This document shows, in pieces, positions 41,801 to 50,500 of a stretch of 64,000 nucleotides of DNA. The DNA comes from Trypanosoma brucei (taxonomy: Eukaryota), in the NCBI GenBank assembly GCA_000002445.1, contig AE017150.2:672001-736000 (forward strand), in the 5' to 3' direction. Position numbers and translations under genes: made by a program. Each line of letters starts with the position of its first letter. Within the stretch, counting starts at the first letter, position 1. The notes under the pieces are model-generated. The model saw nothing but the letters and a program-made list of their open reading frames with translations, was not told where the DNA came from and made no database searches.

Positions 41801-42594
41801 GCAGCTTCTGCAACTTCTGTGGCTTCCACAGTCTCAGTGGCATTGAGAGCCTCAGCAGTTTCTGCAACTTCTGTGGCTTCCACAGTCTCAGTGGCATTGA
41901 GAGCCTCAACAGCTTCTGCAACTTCTGTGGCTTCCACAGTCTCAGTGGCATTGAGAGCCTCAGCAGCTTCTGCAACTTCTGTGGCTTCCACAGTCTCAGT
42001 GGCATTGAGAGCCTCAACAGCTTCTGCAACTTCCGTGGCTTCCACAGTCTCAGTGGCATTGAGAGCCTCAGCAGCTTCTGCAACTTCCGTGGCTTCCACA
42101 GTCTCAGTGGCATCATCTGCTTCAACAGTTTCTGCAACTTCCATAGCTTCGACAGTCTCAGTGGCATCATCTGCTTCAACAATCTCTGAAACTTCCATGA
42201 TTTCTACAGTCTCAGCGGCATCAGTGGTTACATTGTCTGTTCCGTAGCTTTTTTTTTTAATTTCTCCAATATGATTTTCTGTATTTGTGCCACAGATGCT
42301 TCCTGGAACTTGGTGTGTTTCAGTGGTATCTGAGCTCTTGATTGCTTCAATTGTCTCGTTTTCTTTAGGGTCCATGGGTGGAGAGGCAGTTTCAAAGTTT
42401 CGTTCGTCATTTAGTGTCACGCAATCACTTGCGTCGATACCTTTCCTGGTATTGGCAAGATCAGGAGGAGACGATATGTCGTGGAGATTAACTTCATCCT
42501 CCTCAGCATTTGTGTCGGGCGCACCTTCTAAGCTTTCAGGAAAACTTCCACGACTCGAAGACATTACCACCGCTTCAATATGCGAATGCGGCAC
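38848..42594 (-). CDS. Repeat-containing LIM-domain protein. Acidic N-terminus, ~36 tandem 18-aa repeats (ATETVEATEVAEAAEALN consensus), then a unique C-terminal region with a single canonical LIM domain.
   Basis: 1248-aa ORF. It is the only frame that stays open through unique flanks on both sides of the repeat array. Residues ~140-775 are near-perfect 18-aa repeats with variation only at AEA[A/V/T]EALN or AGALN. LIM domain at nt 39169..39327: C-AY-C-(17)-H-PQ-C-IR-C-KL-C-(18)-C-SE-C, matching C-x2-C-x16-23-H-x2-C-x2-C-x2-C-x16-21-C-x2-C exactly. An alternative start is the ATG at 42562..42564 (MSSSRGSF...). Confidence 0.85.
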   Translation of the reverse strand: MPHSHIEAVVMSSSRGSFPESLEGAPDTNAEEDEVNLHDISSPPDLANTRKGIDASDCVTLNDERNFETASPPMDPKENETIEAIKSSDTTETHQVPGSICGTNTENHIGEIKKKSYGTDNVTTDAAETVEIMEVSEIVEADDATETVEAMEVAETVEADDATETVEATEVAEAAEALNATETVEATEVAEAVEALNATETVEATEVAEAAEALNATETVEATEVAEAVEALNATETVEATEVAETAEALNATETVEATEVAEAAEALNATETVEATEVAEAAEALNATETVEATEVAETAEALNATETVEATEVAEAAEALNATETVEATEVAEAAEALNATETVEATEVAETAEALNATETVEATEVAETAEALNATETVEATEVAEAAEALNATETVEATEVAEAVEALNATETVEATEVAETAEALNATETVEATEAAEAAEALNATETVEATEVAEAVEALNATETVEATEVAEAVEALNATETVEATEVAEAVEALNATETVEATEVAEAVEALNATETVEATEVAETAEALNATETVEATEVAEAAEALNATETVEATEVAEAAEALNATETVEATEVAEAAEALNATETVEATEVAETAEALNATETVEATEVAETAGALNATETVEATEVAETAEALNATETVEATEVAETAGALNATETVEATEVAETAEALNATETVEATEVAEAAEALNATETVEAMEVAEAVEALNATETVEATEVAEAAEALNATETVEATEVAEAVEALNATETVEATEVIEGAEVTISVDGTESAVVVEESEIVYQADTTRDDSVVDGAITSGGIEVDNDAKAVDKNKATHEAVEVLKDLESERAANNTEAPLAEVTGVETDAIASAGAVDDIKTLEAPSGENPPVVEYDEVVNTVGSAGVSGGARGEQDIAVVSSREDDVKNTEGSGFPERKETETSATTPTPLHSDAGVRAQTAGPGGMAKELALPKDASADGPKRVESAAVNPSEKKDLTPNVGKEPQRTLEKSKGDKPAKQEVLASAQHQPAAGTVGKHVRRKRKGLLYENYYGPHVIQRVRNPLNLTPAEEYSVFRARNGVSLNYTGPIHVVEEIHVGCAYCGCPVDAVTRVEAGKLHFHPQCIRCKLCGANSISDAYFQVTNNSVICSECSVRGLSENVAKEEAADDTMFTSNFRHKFERAIRRFDVNSERRPRLNVNAEGIIPPTLTLNIDHERGSSTNSKRLALIHRQQYYSQNDNNIICLSPPESPSISPKKN
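40290..42235. repeat. Tandem array of ~36 copies of a 54-bp unit (plus-strand unit close to TTCTGTGGCTTCCACAGTCTCAGTGGCATTGAGAGCCTCAGCAGCTTCTGCAAC), with degenerate copies at both ends.
   Basis: Directly visible periodicity of 54 nt across ~1.9 kb. Only a few polymorphic positions separate copies (aacagc/agcagc/agcagt, ttctgt/ttccgt). The homogeneity keeps all six frames open, giving artefactual ORFs 40114..42189(+), 40262..42247(+) and 40242..42182(-). Confidence 0.95.
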
Positions 42595-43418
42595 TATCTA
42601 GTACGGGAGCCGAGCGAAAAGTATATCTAAATACTGTGATGGTTGAACTAAGTGTGGTGGGTTCCACGGGAGGGAAAATTTAACATTAAGATGATCCGGA
42701 GTGAACGTGCATTGAAGGATGCTGTAGCAAGAAACCACAGTTTCAGGGATTTTTTTTTAAAGGCTGAAACCATACCTGACTCCTTTTCGCTTGTCTGGTG
42801 CGACGGTTGGTAACAAGGTGTAGTACGTACACACACCAAACAGAGCTCTATGGCTGGGAAGTAGACGACATGAGGAACGCGGTCACAGAACAAAACGCAC
42901 CCCACAATGAGTAAAACCGTAAAATGTAAAATGATCTGTGCTGAGATTAATTGACCAAGAAAACATTATAAGAGAACCTGTGAGCCCTTAAATCTCTTTC
43001 ATTGCTCTAATTTCTCACTTTTATTCCTTTTTGCATTTTAATACATAGTTACTTCTTTCTTCTTGTACCAACTCCAGGAGCTGAACCGCGTAAGGTCTAA
43101 AAACTAATAGTTTGTTTCCACTGCTGCAGTTTCACCTCCCCATCATATTTTTATCTTTGTTTTACGTTAGCCTCATTTTTTTCTTTATGCCCTCTGATGA
43201 CCATCCAGTTTGCACACCTCAGTTAGAAAGGTGCACTCCCCTAGTCACCTGCAGATATCGAGCCTTTCTGATCCATTTTGCCCTGTCCTGCTACTAATGT
43301 ACATCACCATGCGGACGCCAGCGGTAACATTTGCCTTACTCCCAACAAAAGTCACCGTCTTCTCATGCTACAGCTGCTCTGTTTTCCAGTGCCTAAATAC
43401 CGCACGGTACGGCACAGG

Positions 43419-46013
43419 TTATGTGGTCGCCTTTCGAACTACATCCTCCAACTCACGTTCTTGTTCCTCCAGAGACAAGTTCATACTACTGTAGTACTGA
43501 CCGATAAGACGAAAGACCGTGACATCACCCTTCTCATCGCCTACCACAACAGCAGGGGCATCTTGTTCAGCGAATAGCACCGCGGTGAGGCGTCGCCTGT
43601 CCACATATTGCACACGAGAGGTAGGATGAATGGATTCGGCAATGGACCAAAATTCGACACTTCCTTGTGCACTTACGGTGGCAAAACTTGTAGAGTTTGC
43701 GTAGGACCACGCCACATCCTGCACCGCATCCTGGTTGGGACTGTCAAACGTCAGCACTTGTGCAGATTGACCAAGGCGATAAAGACGAGAACTCCAGTCA
43801 GCCGAACAAGTTAGAAAATAGTTGTCACTGTATGGAGACCACCGCACGCGATACACTAGCTCAGAGTGGGGGGCATAGTCTAGTTCGTAGTTCTCTGTCT
43901 GACTCTTGTTGCATTGATGCACGGAACCATCTTCCGTACCAACTACATACACACTTCCATCAGCTGGACAGACATCAAAGCACATACCACCACATTGCCG
44001 TGAAAAAAGCGCTTCACATCTACGTCGTTGCGTCGGCATTTTCAGACCCGCAGGAGCGCCATCTTTTTTACCATTCAGGACGCCGCTCGACTCAGCGGCG
44101 AACGCAGACTCTGATGCGGCACCGTGCTGCCTCTTGAGGTTCATAAGATCAGGAGCCACACGCTCAATGGTTTTACCGACAGCCCACTGTACAACACGAC
44201 CATCGCCGGATATGGAAAGGAGGAACTCTCCTCGCTCCTTCCGCCGCGCCACCCATTTCAGCTCCCACACCGCCCCAGTGTGCTGACCGCTTGTGAGGGT
44301 GGTTTTGATAGCGGGGATATTTGTGTCCTTTCGTATGTCATAAATAACGATGCGCCCCTCCGTATTTCCGACCGCAAGAAGACTCGGATGCTCGTCGGAA
44401 AAGGCAATGGAGGAAACACCAGCTTCGGAGGAAAGTTGAATAACGCGCTCAGGAGCAAGAGGATTCTTGAGCGACCAGCAACATACAATACCACCATGAA
44501 ACATGTGTGGGGCATCTAACATTTGAGTCTCTTCGTCATGATACGCGCTGTAACCCACAGCAAGAATGTCGGTCTCTTTGCAATTCCACGCCATACAGGT
44601 TACCTCGCGCCGCTTTGTGATGGGCGATCGAAACGTCCATAAGGCCCTCACATCTTCAGGCAACTTCACTGGTGGCACTTCCGCCTTTTGTGCAACTGCT
44701 GCAGCAGAATCGTCGACCCCAGCTGTCTGTTGATCATTCTGCTGCTCTGCTTCTTTATTATCATCCGTAGTTGCAGAGTTCATGTCGTCTGAATCAGGTC
44801 CCATCAGACCTGACGTTGCCGCTTCCTCCTTCCTTACCCGACAAGCTTCTGGATCCATTACTATCCCTCTATAGGAGAGCTGCACCTCTTCCATGGTATT
44901 CTGCACGACTACGCGCTCCATCACGCGCAGGGTTGACATGATCGTGTCCGAAAACATCCACGCCACTGACTGTTGGGATGTACTTGCATTACTAGGATCT
45001 GTTGTGCGCTCGGAACCCGTATCCTTTCCGGTATCCGAGGGGTCCTCAACAAGTTCTACTTCCTCCTCCTCCTCATCCGCGGTTCCCTCTTGGTCTTCGT
45101 CATTTGTATCATTTTCGGCAAAATGCGCAAACGCGTCGCGAAGCATCCACGGTGTGACTTGTAACCCACCAGAATTCTTTTTGGACGGAGGCTGTATGGC
45201 AGAGTGAATAGACTTTTTCGGTGGCGCAAACGTCCAGGAGCCCTTCACCTGAAACCGCGTCCCCTCGTCCACACGTTTTGCCTCAACCAACTCGGCATAC
45301 GCTTTGTTGCGCTCTAAAACTTCGTTTAACTCAGTCGGCCGATCGTTTGGAACTACTTCATCCTGGTGCATGTAGAGCATGATCGTTGGGGTTTCGTGAA
45401 GCACAACAGTTGTTTTTTCCTCTAACCACTCGCGGCGCTGCTCCCGAGTGAGCACCTGCGTCGCGTCGCCGCGGCCGTGACCATCCCACGACGTGTGTGG
45501 CGGCGCGTCAGCCAGCGGACCACTTCCGGCTGCTCGAGCGGAACCGGTGGTTGTGCTCGAGAGGCGGTGATCAATTGAAATACTCGTGAGTGAGGACGAC
45601 GCAGTGAGGAATCCGACTTGAGATTGATTTGCCCCTTCTCCCGTGGATGGAATTGGAACAACATCAGCAGAAGCATTCAAGGCAGATGACTGAAATATGG
45701 AGTTGGAGTCGGGAAGCATTGCTTGACTTACAGACGTCGTTATCTGACCGCTTGTGTTCTGACTAAAGGGGTGACGCGGATCGTGCGGAGCTCCGCTACC
45801 AGCCCTTTGAAGTGGAAGCGGTGTACGGTCAACGCCATTGTCCAGAACGTGAATTGCTGCTTCTACTTCCTTTTTTGAGTCCGTTGAGCGCCGCCTGCCT
45901 TCCCCTTTACCCCGACGGACGTGGGAACCTCTCACCGCGCTACGGTCACTGCCGCCCCGGCGGTGTCCGCCCGTGGTTGACATTTGGTTTCCACTCGAGG
46001 AGCCATTTTTCAT
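43419..46013 (-). CDS. WD40-repeat protein, dynein intermediate chain-like (axonemal inner-arm I1 IC138/IC140 or IFT-dynein WDR60-like class).
   Basis: The ORF extends to 46367, but its first 118 codons (MGYNGGSSLSSSLFFSLLPHLYVF...) read as translated polypyrimidine UTR. The likely start is the ATG at 46011..46013 (MKNGSSSGNQMSTTGGHRRGG). A long disordered S/T/acidic N-terminal half is followed by a C-terminal WD40 block (LAVGYSAYHD, LLAVGNTEGRIVIYDIRKD, HTGAVWELKWV, FLLSISGDGRVVQWAV, YVVGTEDGSVHQC, FLTCSADWSSRLY). That arrangement is the standard dynein-IC layout. Confidence 0.75.
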   Translation of the reverse strand: MKNGSSSGNQMSTTGGHRRGGSDRSAVRGSHVRRGKGEGRRRSTDSKKEVEAAIHVLDNGVDRTPLPLQRAGSGAPHDPRHPFSQNTSGQITTSVSQAMLPDSNSIFQSSALNASADVVPIPSTGEGANQSQVGFLTASSSLTSISIDHRLSSTTTGSARAAGSGPLADAPPHTSWDGHGRGDATQVLTREQRREWLEEKTTVVLHETPTIMLYMHQDEVVPNDRPTELNEVLERNKAYAELVEAKRVDEGTRFQVKGSWTFAPPKKSIHSAIQPPSKKNSGGLQVTPWMLRDAFAHFAENDTNDEDQEGTADEEEEEVELVEDPSDTGKDTGSERTTDPSNASTSQQSVAWMFSDTIMSTLRVMERVVVQNTMEEVQLSYRGIVMDPEACRVRKEEAATSGLMGPDSDDMNSATTDDNKEAEQQNDQQTAGVDDSAAAVAQKAEVPPVKLPEDVRALWTFRSPITKRREVTCMAWNCKETDILAVGYSAYHDEETQMLDAPHMFHGGIVCCWSLKNPLAPERVIQLSSEAGVSSIAFSDEHPSLLAVGNTEGRIVIYDIRKDTNIPAIKTTLTSGQHTGAVWELKWVARRKERGEFLLSISGDGRVVQWAVGKTIERVAPDLMNLKRQHGAASESAFAAESSGVLNGKKDGAPAGLKMPTQRRRCEALFSRQCGGMCFDVCPADGSVYVVGTEDGSVHQCNKSQTENYELDYAPHSELVYRVRWSPYSDNYFLTCSADWSSRLYRLGQSAQVLTFDSPNQDAVQDVAWSYANSTSFATVSAQGSVEFWSIAESIHPTSRVQYVDRRRLTAVLFAEQDAPAVVVGDEKGDVTVFRLIGQYYSSMNLSLEEQERELEDVVRKATT

Positions 46014-46654
46014 ATTTGTACTTACTTTGTTTTCCTTTTTTTGCTTTATCCCCCTCTCCACAGCTTTGCAATATAGGTGTGCGTTTCTGTATTTGCCCTT
46101 CGTGAACTTTAAGTGCAATGCCTCCTTCCACACTGTTGTCCCTCCCAGCTGTATCCTCTCTTTGCTTGTCGGAAACCGTTGAAAGATGCAACGACGTTGA
46201 AAATTACCCGCCCTCCATGATGTAATGAGCGAGAAGAAGGGGAAGAAAGGGCACGAAACAATCGCAAAAAAAAATATAGGTAAAGAAAAAGGTGAAAATA
46301 CATACAAATGCGGTAATAAAGAAAAAAATAAGGAGCTAGACAAAGATGATCCACCATTATACCCCACCGTATTTAAAAATACAGTTTATTTTCAACTTTG
46401 GGTGAGAAAGTGAGAAAACACAACGCAAAAAAGAGAGGAATGTACAGACACAAGCGCAACAGTTCCACAAACGTGACAGTAACCATGGAATCCCATCGCA
46501 AAATTTTCCTCCTCTCTCCTCTTTTTATATGTTCTAACTTCCTCACCCCGCTCGCGTACACTTCCGCTTCCATTTGAATGCTGCGAGCCAACAAGGGAAA
46601 CTTCTCCCGCCAGGAGGCACTACAGGGACGTACCACACATACGTGAAGTATTAG

Positions 46655-47524
46655 TTAACTCGTCGCGAACTCACGTACGGGCTCCACATTATACACTTGA
46701 TCTTCCGGACCAACAAAGGAAGAGATGTCCACGAATTGTACTGGAACCTGGAAATTGGCAAATGAGAATTTCCTCGCCTCATCCAGTGACAGTTCATGTG
46801 AACGACAGCCATGCGTTGCGGCGTTCCTTCGTGATTTGTTACCCGAACCTACGGCAACCCCCGACGCATTTACAATACTCTCGAGCCGCTGCACGCCGCC
46901 GTGGCGGGTGCTCAAGCAGTGCGTTATTTCCTTCTCGAGCAGTTTCTGCACAGCCTTTGCGGAGTAGCTCGTCAGTTCATCACGTTTCGTGCACGCAATC
47001 AACACACTTTCCACGCCGAAAAATTCAGTGGAAGAAAGGACAGCAACTATAAGCTCTGCCACAGCTTCAGCCCCCTCGTGGGGGTCTTGAATAGTGACTG
47101 CGTCAACAACAAACACAACCTTCTTTACTTCTTCAAGAGCTCGCATGAGGGACTCGCGCAGGCGGCGGTGTCCGGGGAAGTCAATAATTGTCACACCACT
47201 TGATTCCGATCCTGCGGTGGGATCCTCATTTTCGGCTGCAGACGCCAGCCGCATCACGCCCCTGTTGGGTTCCATACTTGTGCGCACTTGCACACGTTTT
47301 CGCGCCACCAGCTGCGCAAACAATGTTGTTTTGCCACTACCAGTGAGGCCAACCAACAGCACGGAGCGAGAGCGTCGTCGTGTGGTTCCTCGGACCGCGG
47401 AAAAGAGGGTGGAGATGTAATAGGCAACGAGGAGCGCCACAATGATTGTGACGGCAATTAAAAGCATCTCCACCAGTAGATTTCTGTCCTCGTCTTTGCT
47501 TCCTTTTCTTTTTCGTTTCTCCAC
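46655..47524 (-). CDS. SRPRB: Signal recognition particle receptor beta subunit (SR-beta; Arf-like membrane-anchored GTPase).
   Basis: 289-aa ORF. N-terminal hydrophobic anchor (LLVEMLLIAVTIIVALLVAYYISTLF). P-loop VLLVGLTGSGKTTLFAQLV. DFPGH (G3). CTKRD (NKxD-like G4). Size and topology fit SR-beta. Confidence 0.8.
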   Translation of the reverse strand: MEKRKRKGSKDEDRNLLVEMLLIAVTIIVALLVAYYISTLFSAVRGTTRRRSRSVLLVGLTGSGKTTLFAQLVARKRVQVRTSMEPNRGVMRLASAAENEDPTAGSESSGVTIIDFPGHRRLRESLMRALEEVKKVVFVVDAVTIQDPHEGAEAVAELIVAVLSSTEFFGVESVLIACTKRDELTSYSAKAVQKLLEKEITHCLSTRHGGVQRLESIVNASGVAVGSGNKSRRNAATHGCRSHELSLDEARKFSFANFQVPVQFVDISSFVGPEDQVYNVEPVREFATS

Positions 47525-48003
47525 TCTTCCTCTCTCTACACACTGTTAACAGCCTTTCCTTTTTTTCTTTTCTGTTTCCCTTCTCACCTCTTTTGTGTCA
47601 CACCAAGTTTCTGCGGAGCACCCTCTACTGTTTTTTTCTCTTTGCTTCACGATCGGTGTCTGCTCTTCCCCTTATGCGGTGACGCGTCCGTTATCCGCTT
47701 CACTTAAATGAACAAATAGTTGCGTTATTAATGAAGTAAGTAACACCGATCTAATGAGCTGGTGCAGTATATAAGAAGTGTGTTTTGCCTTTTTTTTCTT
47801 TTTTTAAATATATTTGAAGCAAATTTTGCAAACCAGCCTTTCACAGAAGAATGTGATATATAGAAATGCGGTCCGCGACGAATTGGGGGAAGAACGATGA
47901 AAAGAGAAAAGAAAACGAGAACAGACAACAAACATATGATAGTGTCGAGACAGAAAAAAAGTTATGGATGTCATTAAAATCAAATGAAAGGTTGCACATG
48001 GTG

Positions 48004-48008
<5 letters not shown>

Positions 48009-48046
<38 letters not shown>
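48009..48046. repeat. (CA)19 dinucleotide microsatellite.
   Basis: An uninterrupted run of 19 CA units lies in the SR-beta/MPP-alpha intergenic spacer. Confidence 0.95.
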
Positions 48047-48048
<2 letters not shown>

Positions 48049-48226
48049 TACAAAAGGAAACGACAACCATTTATGGGACACCAGAACTCACCCCACAAAA
48101 TGTTATTCGCACAAAAAAAAATTGTGAAAATATGTAAATTAATAAATCTGACTGAATTCGATGTGAACTTTGTTTTTCTTCCCTTTTTTGTTTTTTATTT
48201 TACGTACGTGTAAGTGAGAACTGATA

Positions 48227-49636
48227 TCAGTTTAGTTTCTCATAAGTTTTGCGAACGGTTTCTTCCAAGGACTCATGTGATGGCATCTTCGTCGTGTCGC
48301 CATACACAGTGAATGTGAGTGGCTTTTTTATCATATCAGCGCAAACACGTTTCAAGTCATCCAATGTTATGTTGCGTGTTCCTTCCATTGTTTCCGTGGC
48401 TGTTATTATGTGATTGTGCACAACCAAGTTGAAACCCATATCAGAGAGGAGTTGTTCTCTCCCCTCACCTAGCAATATGAGCTGCGAGCGGAGTTGATTC
48501 TTCGCCATTTCTAAATGCGTGGGACTAACCCGTTGGCAAATAGACGCCGCTTGATATATCATTACGTTAAGAAGCGATACAACGGCCTGATGGGGGGCAG
48601 TACCATAAAGCCCAAACAATCCGCCGTCACTATACCACGCAGTGATGCATTCTAGCCCATGTAAGAAACCTTCCCTATTAAGCACCTCACGGAACAACTT
48701 TGTCTGCATCCCTTTACCAGGACCACCGGAGCTAAACGATGTGCCCCCGCCAAGAAGTGTTTGAATCACACTTATGTTGTAATAATCCGGGTGGTTGATT
48801 GGTACGCCCTGAAAGAAGAGAGCCACATGACTCAAACTCTTCTCTTGAAACTTATTCACGCTTTCTGGAGCCTCCGTGCGGTGGACCAAACGACTGCCAC
48901 CCGTATAGGGGTAGTAACCGGGTTGCAGCTGCGGCATTGCCTGCACCGCTACGTCTGCATTGTTGAACCGCAACAACTTCTCCACCTCTTCAGCAAACGA
49001 CTTGTGATCGGCCACTCCCGTCGCGGCTAGTACGGTACGCTCTGGACGTGTGCAGGCGCTGTGGAATGCCGTAAATTTCTCCAACGTAAGTTTGTCGAGT
49101 TCTTCCTTTTTTGGATTGAGGGAATGTCCCAGACCTTTACCGTTCCATCCCGCTTCATGGACAAGCTCAAAACATACACTGGTAGCGTCACGATCATATA
49201 ACAATGTTCGCTCGTGTGTTTTCTCCTTTGCAATGCGAAACTCCTCCTCATTTCGCGTGGGGTGGAGGCACATGGCGTTAAGAAGCTCCAACCCATCACG
49301 CTGGTGGTATCGCGGCAGCATGAGAATAACGGAGAGAGCTTCTTTATTATTCGTCACCTTAAAAGCGTTACCGAGGCCACTCAATGCTTGGCTGATCTCA
49401 CGGCTAGTATAAATTTGATTATCACGTAGCGGAAGGGCTTCAAACACCGCAGCAGCACCAGCGTTGTCAGGACTTTCAAACTTGGCACCATTCAGCATAA
49501 AGAGTCCCATACCCGTGACTCCATTACCATCATCGCATGTGAGCACACGCAAACCATTGGTGAGTGTTGAAAGTGAATAATTGTCTTTTATGACTGTTTT
49601 GGCTATGCCTAAACGTGGAATACAATGACGCAGCAT
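48227..49636 (-). CDS. MPPalpha: Mitochondrial processing peptidase alpha subunit (M16 family, non-catalytic).
   Basis: 469-aa ORF. M16 fold starting STLTNGLRVLT. It lacks the HxxEH zinc motif (the corresponding region has no His-x-x-Glu-His). It carries the glycine-rich loop characteristic of MPP-alpha (LLGGGTSFSSGGPGKGMQTKLFREVLN). Confidence 0.85.
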   Translation of the reverse strand: MLRHCIPRLGIAKTVIKDNYSLSTLTNGLRVLTCDDGNGVTGMGLFMLNGAKFESPDNAGAAAVFEALPLRDNQIYTSREISQALSGLGNAFKVTNNKEALSVILMLPRYHQRDGLELLNAMCLHPTRNEEEFRIAKEKTHERTLLYDRDATSVCFELVHEAGWNGKGLGHSLNPKKEELDKLTLEKFTAFHSACTRPERTVLAATGVADHKSFAEEVEKLLRFNNADVAVQAMPQLQPGYYPYTGGSRLVHRTEAPESVNKFQEKSLSHVALFFQGVPINHPDYYNISVIQTLLGGGTSFSSGGPGKGMQTKLFREVLNREGFLHGLECITAWYSDGGLFGLYGTAPHQAVVSLLNVMIYQAASICQRVSPTHLEMAKNQLRSQLILLGEGREQLLSDMGFNLVVHNHIITATETMEGTRNITLDDLKRVCADMIKKPLTFTVYGDTTKMPSHESLEETVRKTYEKLN

Positions 49637-50500
49637 ATTCAGCTTTCTATTGGCTACTTCGGCTTATCACAACCTCCTACGCTAAACGTTGATGAAAATT
49701 TTCACCTTGCCGCTTTTTTTTTAAAAGAAGATACGTTATATCCACCTTTTTTTTTTCGTTGTTTCCCCTCCACCTTTTATATATTTCCCTGTGCTACTTG
49801 AGTGAAGGACAAGACACAGAAATCGTTACTTCGTTTCCTTCTGCACCTCGGACAAGACTACTGATAATACAGAACAATTTGATCAGGTTATTTTTTTTTT
49901 GTGGCAAGCCGATACAACAGTGCGTATCGGCAACCAAATGAATCAAAACCGCCATGAATTTCATCCAAACAAGGAAACAACCAAACAAAAAAAAAAAAGA
50001 GAGAACAACCAACAGAACGAAATAGTGTGGTCATACAATAGCGAAGTGAAGAGCAAGAAGATCAATATTGGTATATTCACGCATCCAGCCAAGTACATAT
50101 ACCTATGGAGATATTCGCATAATTAAATGTGTTCACGCGGACCGAATCCTCCCTTTCCTAAACTTCTTTCTAAAAAAAAAAGATAATGTCAATTAACGGA
50201 ACTCATAATAACAACGACAAATCAGTGAGAGGAGAAAACAAAGTAATTTTAAAAAATATATAGAAAAAACATTTGAATGTAATAGAGCGCTACCACAATA
50301 CAGTACACAGACACCAACAAACGCAGTGCACGCGGATACACGCACGCGATTTAGTGACTCTTCACCTTCGATCCTATTTCACTTATACCTCCCAACTCCT
50401 CCCCCTTCTTTTAAAAAATTTCGTTCCTCGCGTCTCTTCTTCTTTTACCCTCATTCCTTCTTTTCTCTCCCCTTCTCTGCACATAACACTGTCAAATCGC

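Noticed and set aside
40114-42247. Three additional long ORFs (691 aa plus, 661 aa plus, 646 aa minus) overlapping the 54-bp repeat array.
   Set aside because: They exist only because the in-phase 54-bp unit lacks stop codons in all frames. Each terminates as soon as unique sequence is reached and has no unique flanking domains. The plus-strand ones are also antisense to the transcription unit.
47840-48100. ORFs encoding poly-Cys/Val (from the CA/TG repeat) and His/Thr runs around the (CA)19 tract.
   Set aside because: These are translation of a dinucleotide microsatellite, not coding sequence.
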